NCBI GenBank assembly: GCA_964016885.1 | Contig: OZ024752.1 | Coordinates: forward strand, 28,706,001 to 28,770,000 | DNA length: 64,000 nt | Origin: Eledone cirrhosa | Taxonomy: Eukaryota | Direction: 5' to 3' | Shown: positions 1 through 11,827 of the stretch, in pieces | How positions within the stretch are numbered: the first letter of the stretch is position 1 | Layout: every line of letters begins with the position of its first letter | Translations under genes and position numbers: made by a program | The notes under the pieces: generated by a model | Database searches by the model: none | Seen by the model: only the letters and a program-made list of their open reading frames with translations | What the model was told of the DNA's origin: nothing

Positions 1-727
1 GTTAAAACCTGAAGTTTGCTCTCATTAACATCATTTTCAAATTATCCCCCTTGAATACTCAAATTGCTCCACTGTGGGGCGTGCGCCGCACGTTGGAAAT
101 CACTGTTTTAATCCATCGTTGTTTTGATGGCAGTTGGAAATCTATTGTGTTTAGATGCCTAATAAATATCGATTGTTCAATATTTGAATTAACAGTGATT
201 CTATGTGAGGTTTCAGTGACATTTTACTGTTTATTTATTTTAAATATTTTGCTTCATGATTAAAGCTTGTCAACTCTGAAATATTGCTAAGTAGAGTTTG
301 AAATCATCCATCTTATTTATATAATTAAACGATAATGCTATGAATATATTACACAATCTGAATATACATATTGATTTCTTTTTCACTAATGACATATTAC
401 AATTAAACCTGTGATGTTCCTCTGTAAACATCGTTTACTGTATAATTCTATCTGTGTATTCCATGTCAATGAAATATTCATAAATCATATATTACTCACA
501 CAGTTTAGATATATAGTGTTTCTAATTTGTTATATATTAAGTCCCAAAAGGAAAATTTGTTCTATTTGTATTTAATTGTTTGGTGGGGGCAGCTAGGAAA
601 CTTATCTTTTAAGTTTTGTCTTTCTAGTGAAATCAGTAACGACTAATATACGACAGGATTTTACAACAACCACCTCCAAAAGTGAGACTAAGAATAACTT
701 TGACATATATTAAAGAAATTCACTTAC

Positions 728-757
728 GGAACTGCCATTATCATAAGATCTTTGGAA
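728..757 (-). CDS. S-crystallin gene A, coding exon 4 (30-nt loop exon); exons 5-6 lie beyond the left edge
   Basis: TTTTAG|TTCCAAAGATCTTATGATAATGGCAGTTCC|GTAAGT = FQRSYDNGSS; paralogous to gene B exon 4. Confidence 0.9.
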
Positions 758-2080
758 CTAAAAGAAATATAAGAAAGAAAATTATATAAATGAGAGATTT
801 ATTGAAAATCATAGAAGATTAACTGCTTAAATAGTTATGAATTTGTTTCATAATTTTATTTCTGAGATAAGCTGCCAACTGTTGTAGCTTTATATCTGAT
901 AACTATAAATAAGCACAGTTTTATTAAGGCTACATTTAATTTGTTTTCAGTAGTAGTTTTCATTTACAGTTTTTTTATAGTTTTCAAAAACACATATTAG
1001 TATAGTTAGCAAACATATATTTAGAAACTAATTTAAACAGTACGTATGTATCTGAAAATATAACAAAATCATTAGGAATAACAAATCCTATATGGATTTT
1101 TAATATGATTGAACCTCTGTTGAGAAGATGTATTATGTTCAGTTAAGTCTATTTACATCTTTAATACCAATCCTACTGTCAAGTTAATGATAAGATTTGT
1201 ACCCTCCACTGTAGAAAACAATATGTACTTGTGATACTTTGCAGCGGGGAAATCAACTTGCATACACATATTGGACTACTTTGTGGGCAGTAAGTTGTCA
1301 TAAATTATAGAGCCAAGATATTGAATGCATTACAGTATCTATTCTGATCATTTCTAAAGTACTTATTTTGCCAGGAATTTGACATAACTGAATTCAGACA
1401 CTTGGATATCAATGATAGAAAATTGTTAATAACAATTCTTTGAAAGTTATACACAAAGCCATATATGTTTGGGTAGCTATAATCGATTAAATCTATGCCA
1501 GTACCTAAAGGGTTCTTATTTTTTAGGGGTATAAAGGATCGAAGGAATGTCGTTCTTAGCGAGTTTAAGTTGGCCAAGTCTGTCGATCTCTTCGCTTTGC
1601 TGTTAGCTCGGGAAAATGATCACTGATCTCTATTCTAGATCAGGCGAACGACAACCTGAGATCACCTCATACGCAAGGGTATGCGAATTTGAAATTAGAA
1701 TGTAAAGAAACTAAATTAAATGCCTCAAGGAATGGGTTCCAGTGTTGTACTGATTCAGTTATATTATTCCTGTGTATACTAAGAAATAATTATTTCGTAC
1801 ATAGAATTAAGTTATCAACAGTACTATATAAAAGGTATTTATTTTAACGACTTTAGAAAGATGACAAGCAAAGTAGAAACTGTAAGATTTGAAAACAAAC
1901 CAAAATGAATAGAGAATATATAGTGGAAGATATTTTTTGGCAATCTACAATTTCTGCTATCAATCTCATTACTATAGTATTATATTCTAGACAACTTATT
2001 TGTGAAAATCCAGCAACTAAAACTAGATTAATTTTGTGAGTAAACCTAATCAATCAACATGAACAATTCCATTGACTAAC

Positions 2081-2196
2081 CATCATTCTTCCATCCTTAT
2101 CGTGGTATATTCTCAGATAGTCATCCAAGATGTCATAGAAACAGTCTGAGATGAAGTCAATTCTGGCCATATCAAGGTTGTTTTTACCATGGAAAC
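2081..2196 (-). CDS. S-crystallin gene A, coding exon 3
   Basis: TTTTAG acceptor, (G)[44 protein letters not shown] donor; 116 nt as in gene B. Confidence 0.95.
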
Positions 2197-2910
2197 CTAA
2201 AAAGAAATAATAATAAATAATATATACGAAATAATAAAATGGAACTCTCATGTTGCACGAAACTGGATATGTGGGTTCAGGTGTAGCAACACGTGAAGAA
2301 GACGTTGTAAGTGAAAATTAATAATCATCTCATCTAGAGGAAAATAAACTGGTGCGTTACAGAAATCAGTACCAATCTATTCGATTTCGCCATGTGATGA
2401 TTAACATGATCTTTCGTGGACTCGTTGCATTGTTTGTATCTTTATTGCTTGCTTATTTGTTAGTCCCTACGTTTCTGATCCGTAGGTGACAGTCAGTAGG
2501 ATGCACTGGTCATAAACTTGACGTTTCAAGACGATTGGCATGTCTTTATTCTTTAAGATGGTACTCGATCTTCCAAAGACATATCACTCCAATGAGATTA
2601 GCAAAGCAAAATGGATGTGGGTGTGACCCCTTACCAGAATAACTGACAACAGCTGGAGCACTCGCGTCAACTTCGGGATCCCACGTGGTCACACAAGAAA
2701 CCAAGGCCGCTAGAAGACCAGGTGGCGAGACAAACTCGAAAAAACTAAAAAAGCCACAAATGGCTCAGGGCTGAAGATAAAGATAAAGAAAAGGACGATG
2801 TGTGTGTGGGAGAGAGAGAGTCCCGGGTTCAATAGTAGATAACCACAGTTAGTAAGGAAGGTACTCAATGAAAGAGTTCTAGCCCTGTAGAAGCCTTTTC
2901 TGCATTAAAC

Positions 2911-3053
<143 letters not shown>

Positions 3054-3534
3054 TATGTATAATTGCAAACACATACGTGTGTATGAATGCCGGTGATTTG
3101 TAGATCTGCTTGTATATATGTATTTATACATGCATACGTGTGTTTGTATACATGCTTATGTGTATATATATTTACGTGTATACATGAATAGGATATGTAC
3201 ACATTTATGCAGATGAATATGTGCAAAGTTAGACTATATATAACACAAGTAGTTTAGCTTCTTATTCGCTTTCTTTAACCGTTGCTGATCATATTTGAAC
3301 TCCCAAAGGATTTCATGAGATGATTGATTACAAATATCTGATAAATTATCCACATACAGTCCCCCTGTTCATCGTATTTCTTATCGATCTTTGAGTCATA
3401 TTTTAGCTACTTCATCATCTTTGTGTCCCATTCCATCTGTTGTTTATATCCCTGCTTCTCTGTGAATTATCTAATTGTTATCTTGCTGAGACTTTTCTGC
3501 CTCCTCGCCTCCCCTCTCTTTCTCTCCATCTATC

Positions 3535-3640
<106 letters not shown>

Positions 3641-3790
3641 TATATATATGTATATATGTATATAGATGTATATTATATAGATGTATATGTATATATATAT
3701 ATGTATGTGTATATATATATATGTGTGTGTTATATATATATATATATATATATATATGTTTATATTTTTTTATATATACATATATTCATA

Positions 3791-3826
<36 letters not shown>

Positions 3827-4496
3827 TATATATATATATATATTGTTCATATTTTCTGTTTATCTCTGCGATGAATATTTACGTACACATATGTATTTGA
3901 ACAACATAACAGAACAGGCTTTAAGGATATCGGTTGACTTCTTTGTACACCAAAATCTATAACAAGACATTGTCAATCTAACGAAGTTATATCTTCGCTA
4001 TTCTATGCACATAAGAAATTACCAAAGCCGTTTGTCGATTTATCTTCAGTTATATAATTAAGTCACTGCCTGCAATAATATCTCATAATTATGTACACTA
4101 CATATTTTTGTAAAGTTTGTTGTATACATATAGACACTTAACTCCTGATGGAGTCGTAGGGGCACTGTAATGAGATGGGTATTTAAACTTAGTAAAGCTC
4201 AACCCTCTCTATGTCAAAACGCAGCCGATTTCTTCCAGAGAATATTCTACCAATTCGCTGAGAATATTCTACCAAATTAGGAAATATTTATTCGTGAGTG
4301 AATATTAATAATATTATAATAATATCATAATATTATTAATATTCGGTTTGTTTACAAGTAAACAGCCTCAGCATATTTAATTTTTGACAGTTTGTGATGA
4401 AACTCTCGTACGCTGGATGTTCATGTATGCATATTTAGATATTATCACCAACACATATTTAGATTATATTCGAGTGTACCTGTTGCAAGTACTTAC

Positions 4497-4592
4497 CAAA
4501 TTCTCTGGAAAGGTATCTAGCAATAGCCATACTCTGGGGTATTTGATGTTTGTTGTCAATCTCCAGCATTGGCATCATGGAACATGGCATCT
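4497..4592 (-). CDS. S-crystallin gene A, coding exon 2
   Basis: TTTCAG acceptor, (Q)[31 protein letters not shown](G), GTAAGT donor; 96 nt, phases match neighbouring exons. Confidence 0.95.
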
Positions 4593-6821
4593 CTGAAAAA
4601 ATTAAATAGTTGATTTTATTTTGAAATTGATAACATTAGAAATACAGTTTATATTTGGAAAATCATATAATTTGCAATTTGCAATAAATTGGAATTTGTA
4701 TTATGTATAGAAATGTAAATTTATGTATGATGGCGTCATATGCGAGCGTAGCAGATTCAGTATGGTTTTACAGTGTACAACTTATTACTATAACCACCAT
4801 GCGTCCTTAAATACTACTCTTTTTTCTATGATATCATCATCACACCGTACAGTTCATAGACACTAATAAATACGTGGACCACATAAATGAAAGGTACAAC
4901 TCTTTCCATCGCCATTTTGGCCAAATAACCAGAGGTCATATGAGGAAGTAGAAAGACGTGTGAGAATAATTGGTAAGTGTAAAATAGTTATAACAGATAC
5001 GTTCCCACACCAAATCGTCTCAAGGTGATGGGCTGGCTAAGTGGCAATTCAATGAAATGCGTGAATTGATAAGGCATGAATATATTGATCAAAACAATTT
5101 GTTTGTTGAATCTATCTTTTCTATTGCCGAGGTTTACATTATATATATGTATAGAAATATATATATATTTTCATTAAACACAATCTTTGCTGAAATATAT
5201 ATTAATTTCATTCTTAATGAAAATAAAATAATTAAATAAATCGTTAGATAACTGGAAATGTGTTGCCACTCTGTGATTTTGCAGATGACAAATTTCCAAA
5301 TAACTAAGATCGATCAAAAACAAATTTGAATTTTGCCCCAAATCCCAGTTTACACATTAAACAAATGCTATAGAAATATCTGAATGTTTGATTATATGGA
5401 ACGAGACATTATGTGTGTCAGTTAATTCAAGGGTCGCGGTTTTGTATTGTCAATGATATTGATACAAGACGGAACACACTTTATTTTATCAGTTAAGAGA
5501 GTCTGTATTGATATGTAAACAAACGTTATTGTATAATTAAATGCACCATAAACGTTTTACATTCAATTATCAACCGAGTAGCAGAATCACGAGAGGGCCG
5601 GGAAAATAACATGCAGTATTTGCTAAGATCATTTCATGTTTTAATTCTCAAATATCGCCGGCTTTCAACTTTTCCTTTTATCATTGTGTGGCCGATAAAA
5701 TAAAACATGTGCAAATCAAATACTGGCATCGATATTTTTGTATATACGGTCCTGCAGCATTTTGAGTTGTTGCATACATTAGAAACAGATATCTGCTGAA
5801 TAGTATAACACTATTCACGCCAATATATTAGGTCGTAAAGTATGAAATTTGTAGGAATTTGTTTCTTTACTACAAATTTCTACAAATTTCATACTTGATA
5901 TTTAAGAAATTTGCTTCAAAATATATTCATAATTCTTTTTTAATTTTCATGTTTAAAATGTTCGTGGGACACAGCCGATATAACGCTCTGACCTAGGTGT
6001 AGAGTCTGTCACTCTTTCCTCTTTCTTCTTTCCGTTGCCTAATAGTCCTTGCTCTTTCCATCTTTTCCCTCTCAATTATGGAATTTATAATCCTTTCCAA
6101 TGCTGCTTTCTTTTTTCTGTACATCCTTCCATATCTGTATTTCTATCCCTTTTTGAAATTAAAATAAAATCCGTAATTTGTAATATTAAATCACAACTAA
6201 TTCAAATCAACTGTTGTAATTTAACAAACAATGATATTTAATACTACGTTATTCCTGTGGTTGACTAGTGCTCTGTCAGGGTTGAGATCTATATACAATA
6301 GGGTTAAGACAAAATTCCTCACAGGTTATTTCGAATTTGAAGTATCTTTGAGATACTTCAAAGGGTTTATAATTTAGGCACCAGATCAGGAATTTGGGTG
6401 GGGAGTCTAAGTTGAGTAAATTAACCTCAGTACGTGACTGGTACTTTATATTATCGAACACTTAAGAATGAAAAGTAAAGTCGGCCTCGGCGGGATTTGA
6501 ACTCAGAAAGTAAAGCACCGTAAATAAATACTACAAAATTAGTTTGTCCGACGCTCTAACGTTTCTGCCAATCCATGATCCTTGGTGTATGAAAGAATGC
6601 ATTTTAACATCGCGCATTTCTACATGCACACAATCCTATTCAAGGAAACAGTCTTGTGCTATCGCTAAACACTTCTTTCACCCTAACAGGGCTTACTTCC
6701 ATTTCATTTACAGCTTCTGTTGGTGTCTCGTAGCCGCTACATATCACTTTAAACTCCTCTCTCTTTGCCAGTCTGTACTAACTGTGGTAGCCTATAACTT
6801 AGGATAAGAAAGTGTACTTAC

Positions 6822-6954
6822 GGTTTCTCATGCCGGTCCACTCGTTGCAATCGATTCTACGGTCATTGTATTGGACACCAGAAGCTGCAAAGAGCATACG
6901 ACAGATCTCAGCACGGCCACGATGGTTGAAGTAGTGGAGAGTGTAGGAAGGCAT
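6822..6954 (-). CDS. S-crystallin gene A, coding exon 1
   Basis: Reverse strand reads [44 protein letters not shown]+1 nt, then a GTAAGT donor; typical octopus S-crystallin N-terminus (GST Tyr8 kept). Confidence 0.95.
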
Positions 6955-7060
6955 GTTTGACGTTATTGGTCTTCTTAGAGAAGTTGGCTATAGAAAATAG
7001 TAAGAGAAAGAAATTCTCAAGTTGCAACAAGTCTGCAGTCAGAGCGAGAGTGAGAAGTCA

Positions 7061-7094
7061 ACTGAAATCTATTGAGCATGGCTAGCTTTTTATA
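7061..7094 (-). promoter_or_regulatory. Core promoter of S-crystallin gene A (TATA box + Inr)
   Basis: TATAAAAA at 7094..7087 and TTCAGT initiator-like motif at 7066..7061, about 110 nt upstream of the ATG; E-box CACGTG at 7103..7108. Confidence 0.6.
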
Positions 7095-7501
7095 GCGTTG
7101 TTCACGTGTCTCTCAGACACAGTTAATTAATGGTTTCTAAAGAGTCGGTGATTATACCTAAAAGGTGATGGTTCGGTACAATGATGATGACCAAAAAGGT
7201 GTGCTGGTTTGCCCATTATCTATTGCTAACATATCAATGTCGTTGCCAGAGGTAAATATGTCGTCACAATCTCCTACCATCAGGAGTGTGATTTCCTTCT
7301 ATTTAATTTTAAGTGTTCTTTTTTCTTTTGGTTTTATTGTTATTATATTTGGCGTGTATACAAAAAGGTGGATGTTTTCTTAAAGAATTATATGCAAATG
7401 TTTCAACATTCAACGAGGAAATTATTAATTTACGACAAGGCTGACCACCACCGCAACCAACCCGACCTCATCTTACAAATACTACGCGACAATCATTACT
7501 G

Positions 7502-7544
<43 letters not shown>

Positions 7545-7719
7545 AAGAGATATTTAATTTGTTGGTTATTCAACAAATTTATTTATAACAGATTCGAAGC
7601 ACTCTACAAGTATTCTGGACTATAATATCAATGATAATACCAAAATGTTGGTACCCTTGAAATATATATAATAAAATAAATATGGTTTTATACATATAGT
7701 TTCCATTTATTAATATCAT

Positions 7720-7769
<50 letters not shown>

Positions 7770-7928
7770 GTAGAACGCTGGTAATATCCGTAGTGGTAGA
7801 GCACTCAGTCCATGGGACGACTTAGGTAGAAGTGGTTACACAACAGTTAGTTCACCATACCGAGAACAATTGTTTCACCTTAGCGGATCGTAATCTCGGT
7901 ATGGTTAACTAACCGTTGTGTAACCACT

Positions 7929-7964
<36 letters not shown>

Positions 7965-8000
7965 AGTGAGCAAAACCACAGACCCTCCATCTCAACTCTA

Positions 8001-8036
8001 CTTTTGAAAAGCAGAGAAACTGCGAAACCGGTAAAG
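8001..8036 (+). ncRNA. Minimal hammerhead ribozyme motif, U3:A8 variant
   Basis: ctt-TTGAAAA-gcag agaaa ctgc-GAAA-ccgg-TA-aag; palindromic stem III, GUA site, short stem I; inside a unit flanked by (TA)n. Confidence 0.55.
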
Positions 8037-8167
8037 GAACCAAATAAATATATATATTGTTTTAAAAATAAGACTCCAGTTGCATTTTCGATTTCATCTG
8101 TTTTTCTTTATACTTTCACTCGTGTAGGACACCTCGGTTATTTTTAATTTTGTAAAAAAAACCTCAC

Positions 8168-8222
<55 letters not shown>

Positions 8223-8275
8223 TTAAAATATAAGTATTAATAAAATAGATGTTCTTTTGATCAATTACATTTTAT

Positions 8276-8376
8276 TATACATATTTCGGATGTACAACAG
8301 TACGTCCTCATCATTACAACAGTACGTCCTCATCATTCTGATGAGGACGTACTGTTGTACATCCGAAATATGTATA
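8276..8376. repeat. Small foldback containing a hammerhead core (PLE-end relic)
   Basis: Inverted arms with an internal ~21-bp duplication; the plus arm has CTGATGA (8338)-ggacgtac tgtt gtacatcc-GAAA-tatgta-TA; stem I unclear. Confidence 0.55.
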
Positions 8377-8684
8377 ATATTAATAACTCCAGAACATTTT
8401 TATTTTCGTTGAGTGCTTCCAATCTACTGTAAAACTCATTCTTTGACATAATCATTGAATATTGTTTAACTCTTTAATATATATATATATCATCAGCTGT
8501 ACAACTGTAATAAGCATGACTATCATCATCTTCCCCATCGTCGTCTGCTATGCACATCTGTGAAATTGGTAAGATTTCATGACCACAAGTTGCTGAATTA
8601 ACGTAAAATGTTAGCTATGATAGGCTGACATGCTATCCAGGTCTAAAATGTTATATCATTTAGTAAATTAGATATAATTGTAAT

Positions 8685-8873
8685 AATTGTTTCTACTTTA
8701 GGCACAAGGCCAGCAATTACCCAGTGTATTACTGGTACTTTATTTTATCGACCCCGTAAGGATGAAAGGCAAAGTCAACCTCGGCGGGATTTGAACTCAG
8801 ATCGTAAAGGGACGTAACTATGCTGGAGAGCATGGCATCCGACCCTCTACTGATACTGCCAATCCACCGCCCT
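8685..8873 (-). mobile_element. tRNA-derived SINE (family 1)
   Basis: B-box GAGTTCAAATCCC on the minus strand; flanking direct repeat gatataattgtaataat; further copies at 11390, 18478, 40435, 45150, 45350 and decayed ones at 6425 and 51495. Confidence 0.8.
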
Positions 8874-9000
8874 TATATATAATTGATATAATTGTAATAA
8901 TAAGGCAAATCTCTATTTTTACTGTTGCGTAACCTCAGATCAGTTTTGATCGACCAGACATATGTATTATACATATGTTGTCGGCCAAGTGACTCTATAC

Positions 9001-9206
9001 AAGGCATGTCAAACTGAGGCTCCCCCGAGGGCCATATGGGTCACACATGTGTTGTCTGAGGGCCACACATGACAACTAATTGCGCACATTTCAACTAATA
9101 TGTTTTATCTTATATTACGCTCGCGCTGTAAAAACCTTTGTCCGGGCCGCAGGTGTGCTTGTAAAGGGCCGCATGTGGCCCGCGGGCCGCATGTTTGGCA
9201 TGTCTG
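9001..9206. mobile_element. hAT-type MITE
   Basis: Imperfect 14-bp TIRs (aaggcatgtcaaac / gtttggcatgtctg), 8-bp target-site duplication ctctatac on both sides, GGCCCGCGGGCC subterminal motif. Confidence 0.75.
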
Positions 9207-9654
9207 CTCTATACGACCTACATATTTACTGTTTCTGTTATACCAGGCCTCTTTTGCCTAACTGATATTCATACTACATACTTCGAGGGGCAGTTTTTAA
9301 TCGTATGAGATACATAGGAATACTTTGAACATGTACTCACTCCAATCTCCTGATTCTGGTAGTACACAATGAAAGCGAGGAAAAACCTGCATGGTTGCCC
9401 CCTTCTCTACATTTGTATTTCATGATGTACATCTCAGAAAATTAATTAGATTTAATTAGACTCTTGGTGCTGCAGTTGTTTCTGTTTGTTGGGTCTGTTG
9501 TATAAAGATCTGTTGTATAAAGATCTAGAGTTGTGAACGATATTTGTATATTTGTCTATTTTTGGTTTTGTTTTGTGTTTACAGGAACTGTAATGGTACT
9601 TGATTGCTATATTAACAAACTGTTTATCAAATTTCCAAATGTTTTTTTTTTTTA

Positions 9655-10093
9655 TCTAGGCCGGGTAAAATTCCCGAGATCCATAGACGAGTTCTCTTCG
9701 GCGGTCTCTGTCTCTCATCATCGCTGCCATGTCATGCGTCTCCAAGAGACCTGTCTATCCTTAGGGCATCAACATATTTCAACCTCGGTCTCCCTCTTGT
9801 GTGTCCGTGTAGGGGCTCCCACAGGAGCACTGAGTGCAGTGTCAACTCTGAATGTCGGTGAGCATGTCCAGCTAACCTCAGTCTCCTCTGTGTTACTTTC
9901 GAGATGACCTTTAGGAGGCTCCCGTACAGCTCTAAGTTCTTCATCTTCAGTGTTTACTGATTAATTTTCAGAGGCTTTCTCGGCATTCTCGTGTAGCATC
10001 CATCCACCATCTGAGTGAGTTTCTTGGTCAGTATCCAAGTCTCAGACCCGTACAGTAGCACAGACTCCACTGTAGCAACGAAGAGACGGATCT
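9655..10093 (-). mobile_element. Decayed 3-prime fragment of the RTE-like LINE family at 30160..32853
   Basis: Visible nucleotide similarity; [10 protein letters not shown]...RGRPRL peptide. Confidence 0.85.
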
Positions 10094-10500
10094 ATATAGG
10101 TGTTTATAAGTGTGAGCTGAATACAGTTAATCTCTTTTGATATGTTGAGGATATATTGGGGTGTTCAACTAAGCTGGTGTAGATGCTGAATCCAGTATAC
10201 AGTCTGTACACTGCTTTGGCTGTTTCTTTATTTTGGCCAAATACGTTTGCAAGATTTTTAGCTTTCCTTGTTATGTTGTTGCTGTTGTTGTCGCTGCTAT
10301 TGTTGTTGATGAGATAACAAAGAAAGTGTGGTAAGAAACCAGATGGACCATAGTGCACCAGAGTACTCGATACTTAGGGTAGTAAAGTGGGTAATTGGAA
10401 AATAGTCATGACCCTGACGGCTGAGCTCCGGCCGTTTCGACAGCTAGATCGGATCTAGCTGTCGAAACGACCGGAGCTCAGCCGTCGGGGTCCTGATTCT

Positions 10501-10565
<65 letters not shown>

Positions 10566-11029
10566 TTCGTTCCACATACATTCACTGCCAGCGACTCACT
10601 ACATTACAGTATGCATTCGCAAAAATCAATACAATTTCATTCAATCGTTATAAACTCAACACTTTATTGCGGATTAAACTACTTCTCGAGCAAATGTAAG
10701 TCAATAATTTCTTTCATATTCTTCTCTCGCGTAATAGCCTCATAACCAGACAGGTGTATTTATTTTTTCACTAGCTAAACATAAAAATAAAACAAAACAT
10801 ATTAGAAACAGCCCATAGTTTACTGGTGGAAGCCTTCACATTATACATTTATGCTTTTCGAGTTTCAGAAAGTTTGATAATTTTACTATAGTAATTGGAG
10901 TTCATATGTACTCATATTTCATTGGTTCTTTTACTATCATCGGTGGTGCTTGGGAGTTCGTCAGAGATACACAATATTCGTCGCTCCAGATCCCCTTGAC
11001 GTAAATAGATAACTCAAATTCTAACATTA

Positions 11030-11350
11030 CTACTACTACTGCCCGTATGCCCACTGGCATGTAAGGCAACATCGAAGGTCCCTGGATCCTGCCTGCCTTG
11101 TATCAGCTTCTGGATGGTACCCCATGTGTGTTGCTTGGTTTTCATTTCTCTCGCTCAGCTGTTCTGCGCCAGACATTCTTTGGCCTTTCTCGTTTTATTT
11201 GCCTTCTAGTGTTCAATGAAGGCCTGTTCTTGAGTTGCTATCTTCCTCTCTTCTGAGAACATGTCCTATCCACTTCCATCTTCTTCTGAGAAAGAATGCT
11301 GACATATTCCCCTGTTGGATCTACCTAGCAATTCCTCATTGGAGATTTTT
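11030..11350 (-). mobile_element. RTE-type LINE 3-prime fragment
   Basis: Minus strand GHVLRR...WRRT-like remnant with stops, ending in a (GTA)n tail. Confidence 0.6.
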
Positions 11351-11389
11351 TCAGGAAATTCTAACATTATCAACTCCAGTTCTAATAAT

Positions 11390-11580
11390 TATTTCTACTT
11401 TTGGCACAAGGCTAGCAATTACCCCAGTGCATAACTGGTGCTTTATTTTATCGACCCCGTAAGGATGAAAGGCAAAGTTAACCTCAGGGGGGATTTGAAC
11501 TCAGAACGCAAAGGGCCATAACTCTATGCGGCAAAACATGGTGTCTGACACTCTACTGATACTGCCAATTTTCCCCCCAA
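11390..11580 (-). mobile_element. tRNA-derived SINE (family 1)
   Basis: Same body as the 8685 copy; flanking repeat aactcca(g/a)ttctaataat. Confidence 0.8.
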
Positions 11581-11827
11581 CTCCAATTCTAATAATATCA
11601 CCTCCACAACTAACCCAACTTCTACCACAGCTTCTATCACATCACCAATAATCGGCCAGTACGTGGGACTCCATTTGCTCATAATACAGAGAGATGGAGA
11701 GGGCGAGGGAGATAGAGGCGATGACAGTGGGAGTTCGGCTCTTCCATGTTCGGACATATTGGTAAGCACTTGGAATTTGGTAGCGTAGTTTATCATGAAA
11801 ACTAAAGAAAACCTTCAATATATTGGA

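Noticed and set aside
1-107. Possible hAT MITE right end (ttggaaatcactg)
   Set aside because: Other terminus and TSD lie outside the window; cannot be confirmed
7095-7260. AP-1/ARE element as described for squid S-crystallin promoters
   Set aside because: No convincing TGA(C/G)TCA or TGACnnnGC match seen near either TATA box
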